Shown piece after piece: positions 36,045 to 45,796 of a stretch of DNA of 64,000 nucleotides. Both the position numbers and the translations under genes were made by a program. The stretch lies in the NCBI GenBank assembly GCA_964391965.1, contig CAYMOC010000001.1, positions 21,216-85,215 of the forward strand. Direction: 5' to 3'. Below the pieces are notes generated by a model. The model was not told where the DNA came from and ran no database searches. It worked only from the letters and a program-made list of their open reading frames with translations. The first letter of the stretch is position 1. Each line of letters opens with the position of its first letter. The DNA comes from an uncultured Thermoplasmatales archaeon. GTDB lineage: Archaea > Thermoplasmatota > E2 > DHVEG-1.

Positions 36045-36304
36045 GCTGATACTTCTTTTTCAATTACCTGTGTTGTTGTTCTTTGTACTCCTTTGATTTT
36101 CTGGATTTTATTAGTAACATTAAGTAGATTACTAAGATTTTTTACTTGAACTCTTAGTACTATATCATATTCTCCGGCTACTACAGAAATTTTTGCAAGA
36201 TTTTCTACTTTTCTCATTTGAGATATTGCTTGGCTTGAATCACCTGGTTCCATGCTTACTAACATGTATGCGTTTATCATTTTTTTTCCTCTGTTTAGTT
36301 TCAA
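36041..36304 (-). CDS. Stand-alone RAM-domain (Lrp/AsnC C-terminal) protein
   Basis: NAYMLVSMEPGD...VAGEYDIVLRVQVKNLSNL is the AsnC_trans_reg pattern. There is a 4-bp overlap with the permease gene. Confidence 0.6.
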   Translation of the reverse strand: MKLNRGKKMINAYMLVSMEPGDSSQAISQMRKVENLAKISVVAGEYDIVLRVQVKNLSNLLNVTNKIQKIKGVQRTTTQVIEKEVSA

Positions 36305-36417
36305 CCCGGATTATGAGGCATTATTTAAAACTAACTGATTATGCTATATTTTTATGAAAAATTTTGTTAAAAATATATAAAAAAGATATTTTTTGTTATA
36401 AAAAATAAAAAAATTTT

Positions 36418-37203
36418 TTATTTTTTGTGGGATTTGAATATATCGTATGCTTCTTTTGGTGTTGCTTTCTTGTGAACAATCGAATTCACTGCCTTCATCA
36501 TACCTACAGGATCAGTACTTTGGAAAATATTCCGACCCATGTCAACACCAATAGCTCCTGCTTGTATTGCATCATAAGCCATTTTAAGTGCATCTTTTTC
36601 TGGTTGTTTCTTGCCACCAGCAATAACAATTGGTACAGGGCAGGTATCAACAACGCGTTCAAAGTTTTCACAAAAATAAGTTTTAACTACATGAGCGCCA
36701 AGTTCGGCAGCCATACGACTTGCAAGACTTAAATATTTAGCATCTTTACCAAGACCTCGTCCTACTGCAGTCACTGCAAGAACTGGTATTCCATATCTTT
36801 CGCATTTGTCAATATATTCGGTCATTCCCAGGAGTGTATCTCTTTCATATGGTTGACCTACAAGTATTGAAAAAGCAACTCCTGAAACATTGAGTCTTAT
36901 TGCATCCTCGATATCTACAACAGTTCCCTCATGTAACAGGTTTTCTTTGTTTAGAATACTTGTTCCGCCTGAAACACGCAGTACTATCGGTATTTTGGTT
37001 TCAGGCACTATATAATTTCTAAGTGATCCACGTGTAAGCATTAGAGTATCAGCATATCTTATCAAAGGTTTAGTAACCTCAGTTATATTCTCAAGACCTG
37101 TTGTAGGGCCCATAAAATATCCATGATCAACCGCTAGCATTACAGTATGTCCATCTTTTGGATTAATTATTTTTGAAAGTCTATTTTTCATACCCCAGTT
37201 CAT
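36418..37203 (-). CDS. DhnA-family class I aldolase (archaeal fructose-bisphosphate aldolase or ADH synthase AroA')
   Basis: LAVDHGYFMGP, ADTLMLTRG, VKTYF and VIAGG match archaeal class I FBA. Confidence 0.75.
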   Translation of the reverse strand: MNWGMKNRLSKIINPKDGHTVMLAVDHGYFMGPTTGLENITEVTKPLIRYADTLMLTRGSLRNYIVPETKIPIVLRVSGGTSILNKENLLHEGTVVDIEDAIRLNVSGVAFSILVGQPYERDTLLGMTEYIDKCERYGIPVLAVTAVGRGLGKDAKYLSLASRMAAELGAHVVKTYFCENFERVVDTCPVPIVIAGGKKQPEKDALKMAYDAIQAGAIGVDMGRNIFQSTDPVGMMKAVNSIVHKKATPKEAYDIFKSHKK

Positions 37204-37370
37204 AAAACAATTTTCGCCTCCAAATATTATAAATTCTTATTTTTTTGTAAAACAAAGAGTGTTATATAAATTGTTACTACAGAAAAACAATGTTTTGAAA
37301 AATCTTATATTTGATGTATTTATACATGATTTACTAATTTAACAATTAGTTAGGGAGGCGTTAAGAGTTT

Positions 37371-38810
37371 ATGTCTGTAATTGAAAATTTAGAACCAAAG
37401 CTTTTGTGGAACCAGTTTGATGAGATTAGAAAGATTCCACGGTGCAGCAAACACGAAGAAAAGATAAGGGAATATGTAATTGATTTTGCTAAAAATCATG
37501 GCCTAGAATATAAAACAGATGATGCAGGAAATGTAGTAATAAAAAAACCTGCAAGCTCTGGTATGGAGGACAAACCCACAGTTGTGCTTCAAGGGCATAT
37601 GGATATGGTATGTGAAAAAAATAGTGATGTTGATTTTGATTTTTCTAAAGACCCGATTCAGCTTCAGAAAGATGGAGATAAAATCCTAGCTAAGGGTACA
37701 ACTCTTGGAGCTGACAACGGTATGGGCCTGGCAACTTCTCTTGCAATTATGGAAGATAAAGACTTAAAATTAGGTCCAATCGAAGCGCTTTTTACAGTTG
37801 ATGAAGAAACTGGTCTCACGGGTGCTTTTGCTCTAGATGAAAATATGCTCACAGGTAAAATGCTATTTAATCTAGATAGTGAAGACTGGGGAGTTCTAAC
37901 TGTAGGTTGCGCAGGTGGTGGAAACTCAGATATAACTCTTCCTATCAAAAAAGAAAAAGCCTCTAAAAAAGGCCTAAAGATTAATATCTCAGGTCTTAGA
38001 GGAGGTCATTCTGGAGTCGATATTCATGAACAACGTGCAAATGCAGTAAAAATTCTTACAAGAATCCTTTTTAAAGCAGCTGAAAAATATGATATACAGA
38101 TTTCATCAATTATGGGTGGAGATAAACATAATGCGATACCACGTGAAGCAAACGCAGAAATTGCTGTTGATGAATCAAAGAAAAAAGACCTTGAAAAAAT
38201 GATAAAAGAAGAAGAAAAACAGATTCTTTTTGAAATTAAACCAATAGATCCCGGTTTTAAAGTAAAAATTTCTGATGTTGATGTGGAATCTGTTCTAGAT
38301 AGCAACTCTCAGACCAAAATTTTGAATCTTTTAAATGGTCTTCCACATGGTGTATACAAAATGAGCTATGACATAGAAGGACTTGTTCAGACTTCTACGA
38401 ATCTAGCAAAGGTTACAACAGAGGATGACAAAGCAAATGTTCTTTTAAGCTCTAGAAGTTCTATTATGTCTGAACTTGAATACTTGCGCGATCAAATAAG
38501 ATCTATTGCAAAACTTACAGGAGCTGAAGTTGAAGAAGAAGAGCCATACCCAGGTTGGAAACCTGATATGGATTCAGAAATTTTAAAAATTTCAAAAAAA
38601 GTCTATAAAGACAGGTATGGTAAAGAACCAAAAGTTGAAGCTATTCATGCAGGCCTTGAATGTGGTATTATTGGTGAAAAATACCCAGGTATGGAAAAGA
38701 TTAGCATTGGACCTACAATAAAGTATCCTCATTCACCAGAAGAACAAGTTCATATAAGTACAGTTGAAAAATTCTATGATTATTTGTTAGCGATATTAAA
38801 AGAGGTATAA
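37371..38810 (+). CDS. pepD: Aminoacyl-histidine (Xaa-His) dipeptidase, M20C
   Basis: The N-terminus LWNQF..I..IPR.S..E and the HMDMV...DNG..DEETG pattern fit PepD. The length is 479 aa. Confidence 0.8.
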   Translation: MSVIENLEPKLLWNQFDEIRKIPRCSKHEEKIREYVIDFAKNHGLEYKTDDAGNVVIKKPASSGMEDKPTVVLQGHMDMVCEKNSDVDFDFSKDPIQLQKDGDKILAKGTTLGADNGMGLATSLAIMEDKDLKLGPIEALFTVDEETGLTGAFALDENMLTGKMLFNLDSEDWGVLTVGCAGGGNSDITLPIKKEKASKKGLKINISGLRGGHSGVDIHEQRANAVKILTRILFKAAEKYDIQISSIMGGDKHNAIPREANAEIAVDESKKKDLEKMIKEEEKQILFEIKPIDPGFKVKISDVDVESVLDSNSQTKILNLLNGLPHGVYKMSYDIEGLVQTSTNLAKVTTEDDKANVLLSSRSSIMSELEYLRDQIRSIAKLTGAEVEEEEPYPGWKPDMDSEILKISKKVYKDRYGKEPKVEAIHAGLECGIIGEKYPGMEKISIGPTIKYPHSPEEQVHISTVEKFYDYLLAILKEV

Positions 38811-38928
38811 ACTCTCTTTTTTTCCTTTCTTTTAAATAACTAATCCAGAGTGGATTATAATATATTTAGATATTTTTCCAATATTTATAAAAACTATGTT
38901 TTCTTTACATTTTTTGGGTTTTATATAA

Positions 38929-40350
38929 ATGAGATTTAGAATTAAAAAAACAGTTATAGTTTTTATTGCAATATTATTATCATCATCTGTCTTAAGTGTC
39001 GGAGAAAAGATTAATGAATATGAATATTCTGAGTCTTTTGCAATTACCATCTATTCTTGTAATTATTTAGAAAATGTGCAAGAATTCGCAAATCATTCAT
39101 TTCTAATAAAAGTAAATTCTACATATACAACTTCAGAACCAAGCTTTATTATACATAATAGATACAATTACTCTGACTTTTCAATAGATCTTGATCCATG
39201 CGGATATAGATATTTAAACATAACTTTTGAAGTATATGAGATAGTTGATGAAGAATACTTTCCCTGTGACCTTGACAAAGACGAGGGTATCGGATTTGGG
39301 GAGATAATATATGATTCATATACAGGTCACTGGAACGGAGATGATGAAATAAACGATGACAGCGGATATGGTCGTTTGAATGGCTGTGATGATGGAAGTT
39401 TTTATGAATTTGAAAGAGATTTTGAACTATGTTTCTCAATAGATGTAATAGATCCTGATAACGACAATATACCTAGATGGATCGAAGAAAATGTATATTT
39501 TACAGACCCGCTTTCTGACGATTCTCAAAGCGATGAAGACAAAGACGATATCCCCCTATTTTGGGAACACAAATGGGGCTATGATCCATTGACTTGGGAT
39601 GATCATCACACCCTCGATCCAGATAAAGATGGGCTTTCCAATTATGAAGAATATCTTACCTCACAATGGAAATCAGATCCATTTCGTCAAGACATTTTTC
39701 TCGAACTTGATCAAATGGAAATAGGACCCAATGGCGAAGGTGCATATGTTCCTAAAAGTTCTCTCATACAGGTCGGTCAAACATATGCTAAAAGAAACAT
39801 AGTTTTTCATGTAGATGACGGATGCATGGATGGTGGAGAAATTCTACCATATAAAGAAACTATTTGGATGGGAGACGGAAGAAAATATTATAGAGAACAT
39901 TTCTTAAATAACGATCCTGAAAACTGGAGAAGAGGTGTTTTTAGATATGTATTATTTGTTTACAATCATCTACCAATTAGAGGTATGGAATTTCCTGGAG
40001 AAAAAAATATAATATTCTTTTTTTTACCTGGTTTAAACTCTTTTGTGTTATCAACTTCGATTTATGAGATGACAGATAGATCACCTGAAGAATCAACTGC
40101 TTTTATGATTCTTCACGAGCTAGGTCACACTTTAGGAATGTGTATGGGGAGGCCACTTGGCTGCGATAACCAACTAATGAGATTTAAATTTAGTTTGCAA
40201 AGGATACTTTTCAAAAATTATAAATCTGTAATGAACTACAAATACGCATATTCAATACTTGATTATTCAGATGGAAGTCACGGTATAGGAGATTATGATG
40301 ATTGGGGTAATTTGGATTTAACCTATTTTCAGCCAAGAGGAGCAAGATAA
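38929..40350 (+). CDS. Secreted HExxH zinc-metalloprotease-like protein with a thrombospondin-type-3-like Ca-binding motif
   Basis: It has a signal peptide. HELGHTLGM is an HExxH motif. DPDKDGLSNYEEY fits DxDxDG. The protein is acidic and Cys-containing. Confidence 0.4.
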   Translation: MRFRIKKTVIVFIAILLSSSVLSVGEKINEYEYSESFAITIYSCNYLENVQEFANHSFLIKVNSTYTTSEPSFIIHNRYNYSDFSIDLDPCGYRYLNITFEVYEIVDEEYFPCDLDKDEGIGFGEIIYDSYTGHWNGDDEINDDSGYGRLNGCDDGSFYEFERDFELCFSIDVIDPDNDNIPRWIEENVYFTDPLSDDSQSDEDKDDIPLFWEHKWGYDPLTWDDHHTLDPDKDGLSNYEEYLTSQWKSDPFRQDIFLELDQMEIGPNGEGAYVPKSSLIQVGQTYAKRNIVFHVDDGCMDGGEILPYKETIWMGDGRKYYREHFLNNDPENWRRGVFRYVLFVYNHLPIRGMEFPGEKNIIFFFLPGLNSFVLSTSIYEMTDRSPEESTAFMILHELGHTLGMCMGRPLGCDNQLMRFKFSLQRILFKNYKSVMNYKYAYSILDYSDGSHGIGDYDDWGNLDLTYFQPRGAR

Positions 40351-40802
40351 CAAAATATTTTTGTAAATTCCAAATAATCAGAGATACTTACTCCAAGATT
40401 TTAAGAATAGAAAACATATTTTGTTAATTTATAGTACGCTGATATGATTTAGTGGTTAATATTCTTCTATTACGGACAAATATTTCATCGAAAAATTCAA
40501 CGAAATTTTAGGCGATATTTCACACTCTAACTAAACCCATTTTTTTCTTTAATATTTGAAATTGCCTATCATCAAATTATTTATAAAGAAAGCTATAATT
40601 ATATTTTTAACATGGTTATTTGTGAAATTAATATATATCGGATCTGTGAGATTCAAACATAAAATTCAATCATTCTAACATCTATTAGACACGGCTAAAT
40701 ATAACAGATCTTGTCAAAAACTTGCTGATTCTAATCGTTTCAGCTACTATCATAAAACACACAAAAATATAAAAATAATGACTTGATTTTTCCTCTGTTG
40801 AA

Positions 40803-40874
40803 GCGGGTATGATCTAGTGGCTATGATAATAGCTTCCCAAGCTATTTACCCGGGTTCAAATCCCGGTACCCGCA
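40803..40874 (+). tRNA. tRNA-Gly (anticodon CCC)
   Basis: The acceptor is GCGGGTA/TACCCGC, the anticodon stem ATAGC/GCTAT with loop TTCCCAA, and the T-arm CCGGG-TTCAAAT-CCCGG. The D-stem has one T·T mismatch. Confidence 0.75.
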
Positions 40875-40903
40875 TAAGTCTTATTTCATTCAATATTTAA
40901 AAT

Positions 40904-41386
40904 TTATATTGGTATAACTGTATTTATCGGTATTACCAATGAGCCGATTCTAATAATTATAAAATATATTTTATCCAGACGTTCATCAAAATCCCCGTCG
41001 CCATCTGAATCCCACCATAACTCTGCGCTGTTGCCACGAACGAAATCAAATCCTGTGGATTCTAAATACCAATAATAAGTTACCCGATCCCATAAATTAC
41101 TACTGCCGCCTGATAAATGTTTATTCCAGCAATTTATAGAAGGTTTTACCTTTAATACTGTATAATCACTCCAACGGCCGACTATAGAGATACCTAAAAA
41201 TGCAGTACTTCCATCATCAGATGTAGCACCTGAAACTTCGAGGTGAAGATTCGGTGAGCCTGTTGGAATATTTGTATAATTTTTTTCTTCTGCGTCATTT
41301 TCAATTTTATTAGCACTTGTATTGACACTAATTGCACTGCAAATAAATATCAATACCATTATTGTTGCAAATACTATTTTTTTCAT
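40904..41386 (-). CDS. Small secreted protein with a DSDGDGDFDE acidic motif, hypothetical
   Basis: It has a signal peptide, and the ORF is in the track. Confidence 0.4.
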   Translation of the reverse strand: MKKIVFATIMVLIFICSAISVNTSANKIENDAEEKNYTNIPTGSPNLHLEVSGATSDDGSTAFLGISIVGRWSDYTVLKVKPSINCWNKHLSGGSSNLWDRVTYYWYLESTGFDFVRGNSAELWWDSDGDGDFDERLDKIYFIIIRIGSLVIPINTVIPI

Positions 41387-41563
41387 CTATATCACTTTTT
41401 TTATAATGTTACAATAATATATAAACCTTTTTCTATAATAATACTTTAATCTTATAAAAAGCAAAGTTTACAATCATTATTTCATAATTATGCATAATCA
41501 AAAAAAATAGATAATTATATTTATTAACTTACTATCTTATGTAGGATAAAGGATGGTGATTCT

Positions 41564-42112
41564 ATGAGTGTTTATATTACAGATAAAGTAAAAATGTTAA
41601 ATGAGAATTTAGAAAAAGGATTGAGAAACAAAGATTCAGATGCACTTGAGGAAGCAAAAGTTCCTCTTAGACAACTTCAAGACCATATAAGAGAATCAAT
41701 ACAAGCTAGCATGCGTGAATCAGCAACAGAGCTTATTAAGAAATTAAAAAGAGGGAAAGATCTAACTGGAGAAGATTTAAGAATTCTTGAAAAATGGATT
41801 GTCGGAGATGCAGAATATTATACAGAAATTGAGAATAATTTCAAAGAATGGGTAAACGAATGTGAAAGGTTAAACAACCTTCTTGCAAGTTATAACTCAC
41901 CAGATTTTAAAGAAAATGAATCTGAGTTGTTTAAATTAAATGCTTTTCTTACAGATTTGGAATTCACTCTAAGCGATGTTATAAGATACATCGAATCATC
42001 TAACAGAGTAAAAAGATTCAGAGACCAAGCTACCTCTGGAAGAATAGATGATGAAGATAAAAAATGGTTAGCAGATCTAATAGGTAGACAACTTTATTCT
42101 GAAGAATTTTAA
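41564..42112 (+). CDS. Hypothetical coiled-coil cytoplasmic protein
   Basis: ORF; charged and helical. Confidence 0.35.
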   Translation: MSVYITDKVKMLNENLEKGLRNKDSDALEEAKVPLRQLQDHIRESIQASMRESATELIKKLKRGKDLTGEDLRILEKWIVGDAEYYTEIENNFKEWVNECERLNNLLASYNSPDFKENESELFKLNAFLTDLEFTLSDVIRYIESSNRVKRFRDQATSGRIDDEDKKWLADLIGRQLYSEEF

Positions 42113-42145
42113 AAAAAATAAAAAGAGAAAAAAAATCTCTTTTTT
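42113..42145. terminator. Bidirectional hairpin plus oligo-T/A terminator between convergent genes
   Basis: An AGAGA-aaaaaaa-TCTCT hairpin at 42124-42140 is flanked by an A-run on the left and a T8 run on the right. It lies between the stop codons at 42112 and 42146. Confidence 0.45.
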
Positions 42146-43072
42146 TTATTCCTCTACTTGCTTATTTTCATCTTTATTTTTTTCGATTGGTAATATCCCT
42201 GCCATACGTTCAGCGATAACATTTGTTATTTCCGTGTTTGGATCAATTACATACTTAGAACCGTTTTTTAATGAATTTTCAACAGTTTCAAGCTTTTTAA
42301 ACAACTGAGCTTCATCTTTAAAGTACATTCTTATTGCTGTGTTAACTCTCTGAATTTTTTCTGCTTCTGCTTTTGCAACATGTATTATAGCTTGAGCTTT
42401 TCCTTCGGCTTCAAGGATGAGTCCTTGTTTTTTACCCTCTGCTTTTTTGATTTCTGATCTTCGTTCTCCATCTGCTTTAGTTTCTACTGCTGTTGCAAAA
42501 TCAATTGCTGCTTTTTTATCACGCTCAGCAATAACTACATTATTCATTGCTTCTTGTACATCTGGCGGAGGTTCTATACGCTGTAATTCAACACGAATAA
42601 CATCTATCCCCCATGCATCAGTTTGCTTATCTAGCTCTTTTTCAAGAACTGCATTTAAAGCATCTCTTTTACTATTAGCCTCTGTGAGCGTCATCTTACC
42701 GATAATATCTCGAAGCGTTGTTCTAGCAAGACTTGTAATCTGAGATCTATAATCCTGTGCTTCATAAACAGCCTTCATAGGTTCAATTACTCTAAAATAA
42801 ACAACAGCATCAACTGTAGCATTCAAATCATCCTTTGTAATAATTTTTTGAGGTAAAACATCAACCATGTTCTCAGTGACATCAACTTTATACATTTTAT
42901 CAATAACAGGAACAATCCAATGAAAACCTTGACCTGCAGTTTTTTTGTATTTACCTAAACGTTCTATTAGACCTTTTTGAGTTGGTCTTATAATTCTGAT
43001 ACCAATAGAAAAAACAAAAAATAGAAAAAGTATCAGAATAACAATTGGAATTGCCAACAATTCTAACATCAT
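42146..43072 (-). CDS. SPFH/band-7 (stomatin/prohibitin-like) membrane protein
   Basis: The N-terminal TM is followed by a [17 protein letters not shown]...[14 protein letters not shown] pattern and a C-terminal coiled coil. Confidence 0.8.
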   Translation of the reverse strand: MMLELLAIPIVILILFLFFVFSIGIRIIRPTQKGLIERLGKYKKTAGQGFHWIVPVIDKMYKVDVTENMVDVLPQKIITKDDLNATVDAVVYFRVIEPMKAVYEAQDYRSQITSLARTTLRDIIGKMTLTEANSKRDALNAVLEKELDKQTDAWGIDVIRVELQRIEPPPDVQEAMNNVVIAERDKKAAIDFATAVETKADGERRSEIKKAEGKKQGLILEAEGKAQAIIHVAKAEAEKIQRVNTAIRMYFKDEAQLFKKLETVENSLKNGSKYVIDPNTEITNVIAERMAGILPIEKNKDENKQVEE

Positions 43073-43275
43073 ATTTGTCCTCTCCTCATATTTTATATAA
43101 AATTTTTAAAATTTGTAATATTTGTTTCTATAAAAAATCATCTAATTTTTTAATAATCAAGAAAAATAAAAAAAGCTATCAATTTTCAAGGTTGTCATAA
43201 TTTATACAAAATTTGATAAATAACGTTGTAATAATCTATAATCATTAAAAATCTTAAGAGGGCAGATAGAGACTT

Positions 43276-43617
43276 ATGATTGATGAACGTTTAAAAGAAT
43301 TAGGGGAATATGCTGAAAAAATTCAAAAAAAAGAACCGATAGAACTTTTAGATAAATATCTTAAAGATATAGAATCTGAAATTAAAGATTCTTCTCAAGA
43401 AAGTATTAATTTAGGAAATAATTTCGGTGAAGATCTTGTTGATATTATAGATAAATACAAAAAAAAGGGCATATCTGATATTCAAATTTCATATCATATG
43501 CTTAGTTTACTAGTAAGTTATATTAAAAAATCATTGATTGAGGAAAAAGCTGCGATATTAAATATTGATAAAAGATTATATAAGAAAGATATGCGTTTTT
43601 TGTTTAAAGGAAAATAA
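43276..43617 (+). CDS. Hypothetical protein
   Basis: ORF only. Confidence 0.3.
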   Translation: MIDERLKELGEYAEKIQKKEPIELLDKYLKDIESEIKDSSQESINLGNNFGEDLVDIIDKYKKKGISDIQISYHMLSLLVSYIKKSLIEEKAAILNIDKRLYKKDMRFLFKGK

Positions 43618-43637
43618 ATATATTTATTAGGAGAAAT

Positions 43638-44354
43638 ATGATGAAAAGAAATCTATTATTGATAAGTAATTCAACATTACACGGCAGTGGTTATTTAGAT
43701 CATTGCGCTGAAGAAATAAAGCAGTTTTTAAAAAATAAAAAAAGTATACTTTTTATTCCCTATGCTCGACCTAGCGGCATGACCCATGAAGAATACACAA
43801 AGATTGCTAAAGAACGTTTTAAAAAAATAGGAATAGAATTAACAGGCATACATGAATATTCTGATTCTAAAAAAGCAGTCAGAAAGGCTGAAGCAATCTT
43901 TATTGGCGGTGGAAATACCTTTGTTCTTCTTTCACAACTTTATAAAAAAGATGTTTTAGATACAATTAGAGAAAGAGTGTCAGAAGGTATGCCATATATT
44001 GGTACTAGTGCCGGATCTAATGTTGCCTGTAAAAACATAAAAAATACAAATGATATGCCGATAATGTACCCTCCAAGTTTTAATGGATTAAACCTTGTAC
44101 CATTCAACATAAATCCCCATTATCTTGACCCCGACCCAAACTCAACACATAAAGGTGAAACGAGAGAAACAAGGATTAAAGAATTTCATTTTTATAATAG
44201 TGAATATGTCGTTGGACTTAGAGAAGGTTGCATGTTATATATTGATAATGACAAAATTATTTTGAAAGGTAGCACAGGAGCACGTGTATTTAAAAATGAA
44301 AAAGAACCTGTTGAATACAAACCTGGCGACGATATGAGTTTTCTTATGAAATAA
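43638..44354 (+). CDS. pepE: Peptidase S51 (dipeptidase E-like)
   Basis: LLLISNS, FIGGGNTF and GTSAGS match the S51 signature. Confidence 0.75.
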   Translation: MMKRNLLLISNSTLHGSGYLDHCAEEIKQFLKNKKSILFIPYARPSGMTHEEYTKIAKERFKKIGIELTGIHEYSDSKKAVRKAEAIFIGGGNTFVLLSQLYKKDVLDTIRERVSEGMPYIGTSAGSNVACKNIKNTNDMPIMYPPSFNGLNLVPFNINPHYLDPDPNSTHKGETRETRIKEFHFYNSEYVVGLREGCMLYIDNDKIILKGSTGARVFKNEKEPVEYKPGDDMSFLMK

Positions 44355-44452
44355 AAAAAAATAATTCAAAAGATTAATGAATAGAATACTAATTTGTGTC
44401 TAAAAAAAAAATTAGGTTTTCAGGATAAATAGAGATTAAGGAGTTGGAATAG

Positions 44453-44650
44453 ATTAGTAAAAAAAATGTCAAAGTTGGAGATAGAGTAGAATTAGTTGAA
44501 ATGAATGACACTATGACTAGTCTAAGAAAAGGATCTAAAGGGACTGTTAAGAAGATAGATGATGAACAAGACATGATCTGGGTTGAATGGGACAATGGTG
44601 AAAAATTAGCTCTTTTAACCAATTTTGACAAATTTAAAATAATAAAATAA
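44453..44650 (+). CDS. DUF4314-like small protein. The conserved KVGDRVELVEM N-terminus lies upstream of the first in-frame ATG (44501), so this may be a start-site indel or a non-canonical start.
   Basis: The frame is open from 44453. (I)SKKNVKVGDRVELVEMNDTMTSLRKGSKGTVKKIDDEQDMIWVEWDNGEKLALLTNFDKFK matches the remembered DUF4314 pattern GD.V.L..M.D...G..GTV..ID..G.I.V.WDNG..L.L...D.F. The ATG at 44466 is in another frame (MSKLEIE-stop). Confidence 0.45.
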   Translation: MSKKNVKVGDRVELVEMNDTMTSLRKGSKGTVKKIDDEQDMIWVEWDNGEKLALLTNFDKFKIIK

Positions 44651-44660
44651 TAAATTTTTT

Positions 44661-45683
44661 TTAGAAAAGAGTTTGTTGTTTTAGAATTTCATCAATATTA
44701 GCATATTTTTTTAAAGTATTATCAACCCGTTCTTCACTGAATTGATGTTTGTCACATAGAAATTTTTTGACGTTTTCTGTGTTAGGTGATGAAAAATTTA
44801 TATCATATTTTTTTGTGACTTTAGGGTTAAGAAATAAATTCCTTATTTCTTTGATTTCCTCAAAAGTTGGAGCATTTGAATCACCCAATGTGGCTATAGC
44901 ATTTTCAGCGTTACCATTTTTTTTAATCAATTTTAATGCTGTTTTAGGACCAATTCCTTTTATGCCTTCATTGAAATCTGTTCCGATAAGAAGCCCCATA
45001 TCTACAAGTTGTTCTCGAGAGATACCTATTCTTTTAAGATTGGGTTCAAGCCGTATTATTTCTGGGTTTATTTTTGTATAGGCGTTTTTCCCAGGTAATT
45101 TTCTCCTACCAGATAAAGTTAAGTTTCTAACAAAAACAGGAGCTCCAATGAGAAGACAATCAAAATCTTGGGATGCTACAGCGAAAGCATGATCTTTTTT
45201 AACCATATAGCTTGCTTGAGCTTCGCCTTCACAGGGAGCCTGAATAAACGGGACACCTAAAAATTCTAGAAGTTCTTTGGTTTGAGCTACAATTTCATCG
45301 GTCACTTTTGAGGTTTGTTGTGCTTTAGAACGAGCTTTTTTAAGATCTCCTGCTTCCAATGCTTTCTGATATTCCCCCTCAGCTTTTATTTTTCTTTCCT
45401 TTCTTTTTTGAAGAGTTTCAGCTTTAAATTCTGGAGGTTCTCCATCAAAAACATAAACCGGGCGTATTCCTGATTCTATAAGATTACCGGTTCTATAAAA
45501 AATACCTGAAAGATGAGAAGTGACACGACCTTTTGAATCCTTAAGAGGGCTACCATCTCTTCCACGTATTATTGAAAGAAATTGATGGAGAACATTATGT
45601 GCATCAATTACAATAACTCTATCTTTTAAATCATTTACAGAAATTTTTTCTTTTTTAAATAAGCTCCCAATTTCTACACCCAT
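44661..45683 (-). CDS. fen1: Flap endonuclease 1
   Basis: MGVEIGSL...RVIVIDAHNVLHQFL and the XPG N/I pattern are present. The length is 340 aa. Confidence 0.9.
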   Translation of the reverse strand: MGVEIGSLFKKEKISVNDLKDRVIVIDAHNVLHQFLSIIRGRDGSPLKDSKGRVTSHLSGIFYRTGNLIESGIRPVYVFDGEPPEFKAETLQKRKERKIKAEGEYQKALEAGDLKKARSKAQQTSKVTDEIVAQTKELLEFLGVPFIQAPCEGEAQASYMVKKDHAFAVASQDFDCLLIGAPVFVRNLTLSGRRKLPGKNAYTKINPEIIRLEPNLKRIGISREQLVDMGLLIGTDFNEGIKGIGPKTALKLIKKNGNAENAIATLGDSNAPTFEEIKEIRNLFLNPKVTKKYDINFSSPNTENVKKFLCDKHQFSEERVDNTLKKYANIDEILKQQTLF

Positions 45684-45796
45684 ATATTCAAACCTATCCT
45701 CAAACTAAAAAAGGTTAATGTAATTATTTAGGTTAAATATTTTGTTTGATTTTAACCATAATATTAAAGAACCAAACACGTTTTCCCATTTTCTTG

